From assembly GCA_051867275.1 (NCBI GenBank), contig JBJDYK010000127.1, positions 3,495 through 67,494 on the forward strand: 64,000 bases of DNA. The letters run 5' to 3'. A program made the position numbers and the translations under genes. The first letter of the stretch is position 1; each line of letters starts with the position of its first letter. The DNA is from Faecousia sp. GTDB lineage: Bacteria > Bacillota > Clostridia > Oscillospirales > Oscillospiraceae. A model generated the notes under the pieces. The model was given only the letters and a program-made list of their open reading frames with translations, was not told where the DNA came from and did no database searches. Shown piece after piece: positions 48,293 to 57,337 of this stretch.

Positions 48293-49222
48293 TTATCCGT
48301 TGTTCCAGAGATCGCTGGGATACAGACCCTGCCGGGTCATCTCCGCAATGGCGGCAACCACCGTGGGCTTGTCCTCCCGGTAGGTGACGCCGTACCAGCG
48401 GTCGTGGCTGCGCAGCACCTTCACCCGGGCCTTGCCCTCATCCAGAAGCTGGCTCACCACGGCCGGCAGATAATACTCACCCTTCAGGGGGTTGTTTTTC
48501 AGAATGCTGTCCAGGAAGGCGGGGAACCGGTTCCAGGCCTCGTCCAGATAGCTGCGATGGAAGCCCCACAGGTTCATGGACACCACGGTGTCGCCGGGCA
48601 GATCGGTCCAGGTCTCGCCGTCGTCCTCGGTGTATCTGGGGCAGGCGTCGCCCTTGACGATCTTGGTCCGCTCCACCACGCTGGTCAGATAGTGGTCCTC
48701 GGTCTCCTGGCACACGCCCCGGGCCACATGGCCGTTTTCGGTGACGGTATTTTTCAGCAGATACCCCACCATGGCGTACTCATGGCAGCTTTCGGAGTCG
48801 GGATGATGGGAAAGATAGTCGTAAATTTCCCGCAGGCCGTTGGGGCCGTAGTAGTCGTCGGCGTTGATGACGGCGAAGGGACCGTCCACCACATGGCGGG
48901 CGGCCAGCACGGCCTGGGCCGTACCCCAGGGCTTTTCCCGGCCTTCCGGGCAGGTGTAGCCCTGGGGCAGGTCGTCCCGGTTCTGGTAGACGTACTTCAC
49001 ATCCATGACCTTGGAGATCCGGTCGCCGATACCGGCCCGGAAGGCCTCATCAATCTCGGGCTTGATGACAAAAATAACGGTCTCAAATCCGGTGCGGCGG
49101 GCGTCGTAAATGGAATAGTCGATGATCAGTTGATTGTGGTCGCCCACGGGGTCCAACTGCTTCAGGCCGCCGTAACGGCTGCCCATGCCGGCTGCCATAA
49201 CCACTAAGACGGGCTTGTTCAT
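48293..49222 (-). CDS. Sugar-phosphate nucleotidyltransferase family protein
   Basis: VMAAGMGSRYGGLKQ, KPWGT, INADDYYG, SMNLWGF. Confidence 0.88.
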   Translation of the reverse strand: MNKPVLVVMAAGMGSRYGGLKQLDPVGDHNQLIIDYSIYDARRTGFETVIFVIKPEIDEAFRAGIGDRISKVMDVKYVYQNRDDLPQGYTCPEGREKPWGTAQAVLAARHVVDGPFAVINADDYYGPNGLREIYDYLSHHPDSESCHEYAMVGYLLKNTVTENGHVARGVCQETEDHYLTSVVERTKIVKGDACPRYTEDDGETWTDLPGDTVVSMNLWGFHRSYLDEAWNRFPAFLDSILKNNPLKGEYYLPAVVSQLLDEGKARVKVLRSHDRWYGVTYREDKPTVVAAIAEMTRQGLYPSDLWNNG

Positions 49223-49309
49223 TGTGTGCTTCCTCCTTTGACACCGGGGTCAGTGAGATGCCCCGGATACATCCTCACGCCGCTTATCGTACGGCGCGTT
49301 TTTTACGAT

Positions 49310-49564
49310 TTATAGGAAAAACTGCAAAACCAGCAGCAAAACAATGCCCGGCAGACCCAGAAAGCCCACAATGGCGGCGGACAGGAAGGTGAGTTCAAAC
49401 ACCACACCGGTGTATTCTGCCAGCATATTCAGAAGGAACAGGCACACATAGCCGCTGGCCGCGTTGATGAGGATTTTGAAGATCAGCCGCATGGGCAGGG
49501 AAATGATTTTGATGAACAGGAAAATCAGTGCCACAATGGCCACAATGGAAATAAATTCAGTCAT
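49310..49564 (-). CDS. bofA: Pro-sigmaK processing inhibitor BofA family protein
   Basis: Small hydrophobic protein, KILINA..G..L..LN, GFLGLPGI; RBS GGAGG. Confidence 0.8.
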   Translation of the reverse strand: MTEFISIVAIVALIFLFIKIISLPMRLIFKILINAASGYVCLFLLNMLAEYTGVVFELTFLSAAIVGFLGLPGIVLLLVLQFFL

Positions 49565-49780
49565 AAAAACCTCCGCGTAGGGAATAAGGGGGCATACCGG
49601 GGACATACTAACCCCGGGCAGACAAGGAAGGATTCGATGGACCTCCAAACCGGACGGTATGGAGAACGGACATTGCGCCAAAATCCGGTTTGCCAAGGGC
49701 ATCCCGCATAGCAGCGGCGGAGTGATGCGAACCGGCGGACAAAAAGCTGTCCACCGGTACATATCTTATTAAAGGGTCCG

Positions 49781-51532
49781 TTACATTTTTTCGGGAGCCT
49801 GGAAGCCCAGAAGGTGGATGCACTGCTCCAGCACGTCCTTGGCAAGACCGATCAGGGCGATATATCCCGCCTGCAATTCCTGATTTTCCTCGGTCAAGAT
49901 CCGGGTCTCGTGATAGAACTTGTTGACACAGCCTGCCAGCTCGTAGATATAGGCACAGATCAGGTTGGGCGAGGAGGTCCGCAGGGCAGACTCCAGGGCA
50001 GGGGCCAGCTTTGTAATGGCCAGCATCAGATCCTTCTGGCTGGGGCTGACGGCGGGCTGGATGGGCAGATGCTCCCAGGCGCCGTACCGGGCCAGAATGC
50101 TCTTGATACGCACAATGGTATAGAGGATATAGGGTCCGGTGTTTCCCTCAAAGGCGGTGAAGCGGTCCATATCGAAGATATAATCCTTGGTGGGCTGGTT
50201 GCTGAGGTCGCCGTACTTCAGGGCGGCCATGGCGATCATTCGGGTGGTGTCCTCCACCTGATCCTCCGCCACGATCTGATTCTCCACCACCTTCTTCCGG
50301 ACAAAGTCGGTGATGTCGGAAATCAGTTGCTCCAGACGCATGACGCCGCCGTCTCTGGTCTTGAAGGGCTTGCCGTCGGCGCCGTTCATGGTGCCGAAGC
50401 CCAGGAACTCCAGCTCCGTCTCCGGGGGAACGATGCCGCACATTCCGGCTGCCCGGAATACCTGCTCAAAGTGGAGACTCTGACGCTTGTCCGCCAGATA
50501 CAGCAGCTTGTCGGGGTGGAAGTCCCGCATCCGCTGAACCATGGTGGCCAGCTCCGTGGTGTCGTACAGCACGGCGCCGTCAGACTTGATGAGGATGCAG
50601 GGAGGCATTTCCTTCTTGTCATCCTCCCGGGCCACCGGGAACACCAGGGCGCCCTCGCTTTCCACGGCGTAGCCCTTGGCCTTCATGTCCTCGATCATGG
50701 CGGGGATGAAGGGGTCCGCGTCGCTTTCGCCCAGCCAGGATTCAAAGTGGACGTCCAGACTGTCGTAGATCTTCCGGATGTCTGCCAGGGACACGTTCAT
50801 GATGTGACGCCAGAGTGCCCGGTAGCCGGGACGGCCGCTTTGCAGCTCATAGGTGGCGATGTGTGCCTTTTCGGCGAAGTCCGGGTCCACCTTCTTCCGG
50901 GCGGAGGCTTCGGGGTAGATTTTCTCCAGCTGGGAAAGGGTAAAGGGGGGCTCGGCGGGGTATTCGCCGGTGTAGTTGGGATCAAAGTAGCAAAGCTCCG
51001 GCTGCTGCTCCTGGAGACCTGCCACAATCAGACCCATCTGCAGGCCCCAGTCGCCCAGATGGATGTCGCCGATGGCATCGTAACCGAAGAACCGGTACAG
51101 CCGCTTCATGCTTTCGCCGATGATGGCAGAGCGCAGATGGCCGATGTGCAGAGGCTTTGCCACGTTGGGGCCGCCGTAATCTACCACCACCCGCTTGCCG
51201 GTGCCCAGCTTCTCCACGCCGAAGTCCGCCTCGGTCCGCATCCGGGTCAGATAGTCCTGCAGAAACCGGCCGGACAGCCGCAAATTGATAAAGCCGGGGG
51301 CCACGGCACTGATTTCCTCAAAGTCGGCTCCGTCCAGCTTTTGGGCCACGGCCTGGGCAATCTGAATGGGGGCCCGACGGTAAGCCTTGGCGGCGGCCAG
51401 AGCGCCGTTGCACTGGTACTCGCACAGGTCGGGCCGGTTGGACACGGTGACCCGGCCGTAGCTCCGGTCAAAACCGGCGGCCTCAAAGGCATCTGCCATT
51501 TTATCGGAAATGAGATCGAGAATCTTTTCCAT
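49781..51532 (-). CDS. argS: Arginine--tRNA ligase
   Basis: PGFIN, NVAKPLHIGHLRSAIIG, HLGDWG, FKTRDGG, GNTGPYILY. Confidence 0.96.
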   Translation of the reverse strand: MEKILDLISDKMADAFEAAGFDRSYGRVTVSNRPDLCEYQCNGALAAAKAYRRAPIQIAQAVAQKLDGADFEEISAVAPGFINLRLSGRFLQDYLTRMRTEADFGVEKLGTGKRVVVDYGGPNVAKPLHIGHLRSAIIGESMKRLYRFFGYDAIGDIHLGDWGLQMGLIVAGLQEQQPELCYFDPNYTGEYPAEPPFTLSQLEKIYPEASARKKVDPDFAEKAHIATYELQSGRPGYRALWRHIMNVSLADIRKIYDSLDVHFESWLGESDADPFIPAMIEDMKAKGYAVESEGALVFPVAREDDKKEMPPCILIKSDGAVLYDTTELATMVQRMRDFHPDKLLYLADKRQSLHFEQVFRAAGMCGIVPPETELEFLGFGTMNGADGKPFKTRDGGVMRLEQLISDITDFVRKKVVENQIVAEDQVEDTTRMIAMAALKYGDLSNQPTKDYIFDMDRFTAFEGNTGPYILYTIVRIKSILARYGAWEHLPIQPAVSPSQKDLMLAITKLAPALESALRTSSPNLICAYIYELAGCVNKFYHETRILTEENQELQAGYIALIGLAKDVLEQCIHLLGFQAPEKM

Positions 51533-51659
51533 TACACTTCTCCTCACATGGTTCTTTTCCCCTTACTATACCAAATCTTCCCGGAAATGTACAGGGAAAA
51601 TTTCAAAAATGATTATGAGGTTGCGTCAGAAAATCGGCGAATGATCGCTTGCATCTACT

Positions 51660-51806
51660 GTAGGGGAGGGTCATGACCCTCCCGGCGGCAGGCACCGAAA
51701 TTTACAAACGAATTTGGGCGAATCCGCAGGGAGTCTGACTCGAATTCGCCGAAATGCAGCGCAAAATGTTTTGCGTTCTGCCGGGAGGGTCATGACCCTC
51801 CCCTAC
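51660..51806. repeat. REPIN-like element (family A)
   Basis: Same termini as 43307-43454 and shared interior TTTGGGCGAATCCGCAGGGA. Confidence 0.9.
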
Positions 51807-51841
51807 AGTGGGTGTTGCGAAGAACGATCATTTTGCAGCCT

Positions 51842-52351
51842 TCAAAAAAACAGCCTTGCCGCCAGGGAAGCCATGCAGAAGCCGGTGAGATCCGCCACCA
51901 GGGCGGCGGGAACCGCGTAACGGGTTCGCTTAATGCCGGCGGCTCCGAAGTAGACGCTGATGGTGTAGAAGGTGGTCTCCGTGCTGCCCAGCATAATGGC
52001 GGCGGTGCGGCCGATGGTGCTGTCGGGGCCGTAGTGGGCCATCAGGTCCGCCCCGATGGCCAGGGCCGCGCTGCCGCTGATGGGCCGCACCAGCACCAGG
52101 GACGCGGTCTCCGGGGGGATTCCCAGCAGCGAGAACAGAGGCGAAAGAAAGCCGGTCATGGCTTCGATGGCCCCGGAGGCCCGCAGCATATGTACCGCCG
52201 TCAGCAGTGCCACCAGAGCAGGTACAATGGTCAGCAGCACCCGCAGTCCCTGTGCCGCCCCTGTCAGCAGGGCGTCATATACGTTCTCCCGCTTCCGCAG
52301 GGCCAGCAGGGACACGGCAGCCAGAATCAGGGGAATGATGTAGTCAACCAT
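51842..52351 (-). CDS. spmB: Spore maturation protein B
   Basis: MLRASG, RPISGS, GSTETTFYTISVYFG. Confidence 0.92.
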   Translation of the reverse strand: MVDYIIPLILAAVSLLALRKRENVYDALLTGAAQGLRVLLTIVPALVALLTAVHMLRASGAIEAMTGFLSPLFSLLGIPPETASLVLVRPISGSAALAIGADLMAHYGPDSTIGRTAAIMLGSTETTFYTISVYFGAAGIKRTRYAVPAALVADLTGFCMASLAARLFF

Positions 52352-52928
52352 GGCCCGTGACCCTTTGCAGCAGCCGGGCCGCCGCCAGCCCGGCTGACAC
52401 CGACAGCACCGAGGTAAACCAGACTGCCGGCAGAATATCGAAGGGACTCTCACAGCCCTGGGCCGCCCGGACTGCCGCCACATTGGCCGGAATCAACTGA
52501 ATGGAGGCGGTATTCATCACAATAAATCTGCACATCTCGTCGCTGGCCTCCCCGGCGGGGGCGTAGCGGCTCATGGCCTGGACGGCCCGGATGCCCATGG
52601 GGGTGGCGGCGTTGCCCAGCCCCAGGAAATTGGCACAGATGTTGGCACAGGCCAATTGCCCCACCTGGGGGTCCTTTCGGGAGCTGGGGAACAGACGGCC
52701 CACCACCGGCTGAAAGAACCGGGCCAGAAGCTGGTTCAGTCCTGCCCGCTCCATAACCTGTCCCACCCCGGACCACAAACAGATGGCCCCGGCAATGGAG
52801 AGGGCCAGCTCCACCCCGGCCTGGGCCCCCGTAAGGGCCGCCTGACTGATGGCCCCGCCGCTGCCGTTCCACAGGCCAAACACCAAAGATACCAGTACAA
52901 TTCCGGTCCATATGTACGACATGACCAT
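52344..52928 (-). CDS. spmA: Spore maturation protein A
   Basis: ANFLGLGNAATPMG, NTASIQLIP. Confidence 0.93.
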   Translation of the reverse strand: MVMSYIWTGIVLVSLVFGLWNGSGGAISQAALTGAQAGVELALSIAGAICLWSGVGQVMERAGLNQLLARFFQPVVGRLFPSSRKDPQVGQLACANICANFLGLGNAATPMGIRAVQAMSRYAPAGEASDEMCRFIVMNTASIQLIPANVAAVRAAQGCESPFDILPAVWFTSVLSVSAGLAAARLLQRVTGHG

Positions 52929-53170
52929 ATCATCACCTCTGTAATCGGAGTTTATGCGTATGGAAACCAAAAAAATACAGGAAAATTGTGACACGGATGC
53001 AGGAATGATTTGACAGAATGACAATTGTAGTTTATAATAATTTGTATCATGTATGTCTTAAGTTGCAATTCGGAGTCACTGCGCCATCTGCCGGCGGTGC
53101 AGCATTTTGCGCACACGGCAGGCTGGTACATACAGAAGACAAAGCGTGGAAACGGAAGGGAGCTGAATTC

Positions 53171-53416
53171 ATGCGGTCAACCGGAATCATTCGTCGGATG
53201 GACGAGCTGGGCAGAATCGTTCTGCCTGTTGAAGTGCGCAGAAAACTGGACTTTGGAACGCGGGAGGAGCTGGAGTTTCTGATTGATGGGGATGCCCTGA
53301 TTCTGAAGAGATGCAGTAAGACCTGCGTCTTCTGTGGTTCTGCCACAGACATTCTCAAATTCCGGGAAAAGAATGTGTGCCAGGTCTGTGTCCAAGCCCT
53401 GGCAAGCCTGGAGTAA
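53171..53416 (+). CDS. AbrB/SpoVT family regulator
   Basis: MRSTGIIRRMDELGRIVLP, C-terminal CVFC..CQVC; TTGACA-N16-TATAAT at 53011-53038. Confidence 0.9.
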   Translation: MRSTGIIRRMDELGRIVLPVEVRRKLDFGTREELEFLIDGDALILKRCSKTCVFCGSATDILKFREKNVCQVCVQALASLE

Positions 53417-53761
53417 GCAACAACACGAACCTTCGGTTTCGTGAGGAAAGCGAAGGTTCCACGGACAAAGAATGGGACCCGAGCCGGTTCAAAACCACCT
53501 TTCAGGAGGTTTCGAACCGGCTTTGTCCTTTTTTCAGAGAAAGTGAATGAACCAACGGGCATCATTGCGGTTTTGCTTAAAAAAACCGATTCAAAATAAA
53601 CTTGATAAGCAAAAGATCATCTGCTATACTGAAAATGGAAGGAAGTATATTGGTGGTTCTTTATATCAAAGAAGAAGCAGGGCGGACCCTATGCGCGAAA
53701 GGGGTTTGACACGGAATTGAAGAATGGTTAATAGCCAAAAACTTAAGTGGAGGTGCCTTGT

Positions 53762-54520
53762 ATGCGTTATTTTTTGATCTGTATGGTACTGGTACTGGGA
53801 CTGTCGGCCTGCTGCGCGGAGCCTGCCGCCGGGACCACGGTTACGACGGGACCGACGGAGGCGCAAACTGCTCCGCATGTGACGCACGAGCCGCAAACTA
53901 TCCAGCCCCAGACCAGCGAGCCCCAGGAGACGGAGCCTGTCAGCCTGGAGCCGGATGCCGAGCCCATGACGGAGGCGCGGTTGAACCTCTTACTGTGGAA
54001 GTTGGCAGCCGATCCTGACGGCTGGTACTCCGTGATCTTCGGCGTGGACTTCCAAACGGCGGACGAAGTGGACGGGAACCGGCTGTTCGCCAACGGCGTT
54101 CCCAATGAATCCCAGCCGGAGCTGAGTGCGGACGAGAGGGCCTGGCTGGAGGCGGCATCCTGGGAAGAGGATGATTTTTGGCTGGACATTCACAGAATCT
54201 CCCGGACGGAGGTGCTGGAGACGCTACAAACCTATCTGGGGCTTTCGGAAGACCAGGCTGCCGGTGTTTCCATGGATGAATTCACCTACCTTGCCCAGAC
54301 GGACTGCTATTATAACAGCCGGGGAGATACCAATGTGTACATCCCGCTGCTTTACAGCGGCTACATCCGGTCCGACGGCACAATCGCCATATATTTTACG
54401 GACAATCTTCCGGTATCTGACGCGGTGCCCCGTCCGGACCGGTTGGCGGTATTGCGGGTGGAGAACGGGCATTTTGTGGTGCTGTCCTGTGTAGCACTGC
54501 CGGACAATCCGGCGGCATAA
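53762..54520 (+). CDS. Hypothetical lipoprotein
   Basis: Hydrophobic leader with lipobox LSAC, T/E/P-rich linker, acidic globular domain. Confidence 0.75.
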   Translation: MRYFLICMVLVLGLSACCAEPAAGTTVTTGPTEAQTAPHVTHEPQTIQPQTSEPQETEPVSLEPDAEPMTEARLNLLLWKLAADPDGWYSVIFGVDFQTADEVDGNRLFANGVPNESQPELSADERAWLEAASWEEDDFWLDIHRISRTEVLETLQTYLGLSEDQAAGVSMDEFTYLAQTDCYYNSRGDTNVYIPLLYSGYIRSDGTIAIYFTDNLPVSDAVPRPDRLAVLRVENGHFVVLSCVALPDNPAA

Positions 54521-54734
54521 GCCATAAAGACAGCTTCGGATATACGAATGATTGTGGGGCGGTTCACGAAGAACCGCCCTGTGCTTTTGCCCGGATTCCG
54601 GAAGATGTTTTCCGGTCATGTATTTCGGAACAGGCGCCTGTCCCTGGGAAGAGGAGGCAAAGGGATTTTTACGCCCCTGGCGGAAACCCCGATGCTTCGG
54701 CGGAAGGCAAATGAAAAAAACCTGGAATCGGGTG

Positions 54735-54781
54735 TTGATTCTGGGAAAAAAGCTGGTATAATCTACTTGCAAGGTTGCAAG
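54735..54781 (+). promoter_or_regulatory. Promoter of regulator 2 with palindromic candidate operator
   Basis: TTGATT-N16-TATAAT followed by CTTGCAAGGTTGCAAG. Confidence 0.6.
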
Positions 54782-54835
54782 CAGCGGCGCGGTCCGGGCC
54801 TGCGGCCAAAATGAGAAAATGAAGGGGCACCTGCT

Positions 54836-55936
54836 ATGAGCATCATACTACAGCGAGAACCGTGCATTTTGTATGAAACGGTGGAGCTGCTATACGCCTA
54901 TGTAAACGGCGTTTCCGCGGAGCGATTGACCATGGAGGGGGCGTACTGTATTCCCGCCCCGGAGATTGCAGCCATGCTGGACCGGGCCTGTGCCGGTCTC
55001 GATCCCCAGGAGCCGCTTCTGCGGCAGTATTTCGGACGACAGGCCATTCTGGATGAATCCAGCCAGTCCACCTGCCTGGCCTCCTGCATGGTATATACCT
55101 TTATGAACCTGGCCCTGACGGATATGGCTTCCCAGATGGACAGTATGTGTACCTGCTGGGAACGGACACGCCGCCGCCCCTTTGCCATTAAGGCCATCAA
55201 TCGGTTCGCGCTGGATATCGAGTCTCTGCCTGCCGGACAGATGGTTTCTCTGGCGGCGGAAATGCGGAAGCTGCCGGTGCGGGAGGACTTTTTCCTCAGC
55301 CTGTTGGAGACCTTTTCGGACTACAATTACCATATGGCCCGGCTGCGGGAGCTGCTGGAACCGGTGGCGACCCGGCTGCAGCCCCTGCTGGAGCCCTATG
55401 TGGTGCGGGCGGAGCCTCTGCGGGAAACCTGGCACCGGTTTTTTGAGGAGACCACCGTGGAAGATTTCGCGGTGAAGCGGACGGGGACCATACCGGAAAA
55501 GCCCTTCGACCAGGCGGGAATCTGTCTGCGCTACCTGGGGAGCCGCTATGCGGCGGGGCAGGTGAATGCGGAGCATAACAGCTTCTGGATGCACATTGGC
55601 GTCGGTGTGCGGCCCAGCCTGCAGCAGGTCTATGAGCGGTGCGGCCCCAATGAACGGGAGCTGGCGGCGCTGCGGCTGCTGGGGGATAAGGCCCGGTCGG
55701 AAATGGTCCAGGCCTTGATGCAGTCGCCCATGTCCATGCAGGAGCTGGCCACCCAACTGGGACTCAATCCGGGTACGGTATTCCGCAACCTGAACAGCCT
55801 AACCAATACGGAGCTTCTGACCAAGGAAATTCGGGGGGACCGGTACTACTATCAGACCAACTTCGCCTTTATTCAGGCCATCTTCCGCCATATGCTGGAG
55901 TATTACCAAAGCGGCAATCAACTGCGTCCCGGCTGA
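54836..55936 (+). CDS. Transcriptional regulator with C-terminal ArsR-like winged HTH (regulator 2)
   Basis: N-term EPCILYETVELLYAYVN matches regulator 1 QPFLLYETVSMLYSYVN; C-term ALRLLGDKAR...LATQLGLNPGTVFRNL...RYYY. Confidence 0.84.
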   Translation: MSIILQREPCILYETVELLYAYVNGVSAERLTMEGAYCIPAPEIAAMLDRACAGLDPQEPLLRQYFGRQAILDESSQSTCLASCMVYTFMNLALTDMASQMDSMCTCWERTRRRPFAIKAINRFALDIESLPAGQMVSLAAEMRKLPVREDFFLSLLETFSDYNYHMARLRELLEPVATRLQPLLEPYVVRAEPLRETWHRFFEETTVEDFAVKRTGTIPEKPFDQAGICLRYLGSRYAAGQVNAEHNSFWMHIGVGVRPSLQQVYERCGPNERELAALRLLGDKARSEMVQALMQSPMSMQELATQLGLNPGTVFRNLNSLTNTELLTKEIRGDRYYYQTNFAFIQAIFRHMLEYYQSGNQLRPG

Positions 55937-56015
55937 GCCGGAGCGGGACCTTATGCCTTCGAAAGGGAGGCGTTGGGTCCCGCTCCGCTTTTTTGCCGAA
56001 CCCTGGTTTCCACTC

Positions 56016-56097
56016 GTAGGGACCGGCCTCCCGGACGGTCCGCCACCCCCCGAACGGGACGCACCCCCGGAGAATCCATGTGATCCCCGGTCCCTAC
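56016..56097. repeat. REP-like inverted pair (family C-related)
   Basis: GTAGGGACCGGCCTCCCGGACGGTCCG ... CCGGTCCCTAC. Confidence 0.75.
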
Positions 56098-56158
56098 GGA
56101 CGGTGTACGAGACGACATTTTTGGGTTTTTATTTTCGCAAGTGTAAATAAAATTGTAC

Positions 56159-56187
56159 TTGCGTTTCTGCAAATCATGATGTACAAT
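56159..56187 (+). promoter_or_regulatory. Promoter of the cohesin-SLH / S8 operon
   Basis: TTGCGT-N17-TACAAT; overlapped by inverted repeat CGCAAGT-N14-ACTTGCG (56136-56163). Confidence 0.65.
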
Positions 56188-56331
56188 AGATGTAACATCG
56201 TCAGTGTCGGATCGGCAGACCGCCCGGGAGAGGAGGAAAAGAGAGACACGCACTGAGGTGACTGAAGTATACGAAACGATGCGATTTCCGGCGGCACAGC
56301 GGCCGCCGGCCTGTGGAAAGGATGAGATATC

Positions 56332-57315
56332 ATGAGAAAAATGCTATCCGCTCTCCTGGTTCTGGTCATGCTGGCGGTCATGCTGCCGGGGACAGCCCTG
56401 GGAGCCGACGCGGTAAAGCCTGTTGAGGTGACCGTGTCACTGACTGGCAGCGGCGTGACGCTGTGTATGGTTGCCCAGGAGGAGACCAGCAGCGGAACTC
56501 TGGCGCTGTCCTTTGACAAGGAGGCCCTGAAGCTGGCTGATTGTAAGGTGGAGGGCGATGTGACCCTGGTCACGGAGACGGACACCGGCCTGACGCTGGC
56601 CTATGCCGCCGACCACGAGACCGCCGTTGCTGCCGGTGAGACCATCGCCACGGTGGAGCTTGCCTGGGCTGCTGAGGCTCCCGCACGGCTGACCGTGACC
56701 CTGGAGGACTTCAACAACCGGGAAGGTCTGCACCTGGTGCTGGCCGTTCTGAATCTGGATCCCTCCCTTCCCTTTACCGATGTTGCGAAAAATCAGTGGT
56801 TCTATGACGCTGTAAAGTATACATACGACAGAGGCTGGTTTACCGGCGTGACGGAAACCAGCTTCCAGCCCCAGGGCAAGCTGACCCGGGCCATGTTCGT
56901 GACCCTGCTGGGTCGCATGGCAGGTGTGGAGGCGGAGGCCCGGTGGGAGACCTCCTTTGTGGATGTGAAGCAGGGCACCTACTACGGCCCCTATGTGGCT
57001 TGGGCCAAGGAGAACGGCATTGTGGAGGGCACCTCCCAAACCACCTTCTCCCCCAACGCTGAGGTAACCCGGGAGCAGATGGCCACCTTCCTGTACCGCT
57101 ATGCCAAGTTTATGGGCAAGGATGTGACCGTTTCCGGCAGCCCCCTGTCCGACTTCCAGGATGCGGATGTTATCAGTGCCTATGCCGTGGACGCCATGGC
57201 CTGGGCCGCTTCCCGCGGCATTCTCATCGGAACCGGCAAGGGCCTGGAGCCCAAGGGCGTTGCCACCAGAGCCCAGGGCGCCCAGATTCTGATGAACTAT
57301 GACCTGTACGCCTGA
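56332..57315 (+). CDS. Secreted cohesin-like domain + 3 SLH domains (putative cell-surface anchor)
   Basis: Signal peptide; beta-strand pattern GTLALSFDKEALKL...LTLAYA...AGETIATVEL resembling cohesin; SLH repeats FTDV, TRAMFVTLL, TREQMA, TRAQ. Confidence 0.75.
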   Translation: MRKMLSALLVLVMLAVMLPGTALGADAVKPVEVTVSLTGSGVTLCMVAQEETSSGTLALSFDKEALKLADCKVEGDVTLVTETDTGLTLAYAADHETAVAAGETIATVELAWAAEAPARLTVTLEDFNNREGLHLVLAVLNLDPSLPFTDVAKNQWFYDAVKYTYDRGWFTGVTETSFQPQGKLTRAMFVTLLGRMAGVEAEARWETSFVDVKQGTYYGPYVAWAKENGIVEGTSQTTFSPNAEVTREQMATFLYRYAKFMGKDVTVSGSPLSDFQDADVISAYAVDAMAWAASRGILIGTGKGLEPKGVATRAQGAQILMNYDLYA

Positions 57316-57337
57316 TATGAGAGAGAGGAGAAGCGCT

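Noticed and set aside
53426-53523. Two hairpins after the AbrB-like gene as an sRNA
   Set aside because: Adequately explained as terminator structures; no independent promoter evidence
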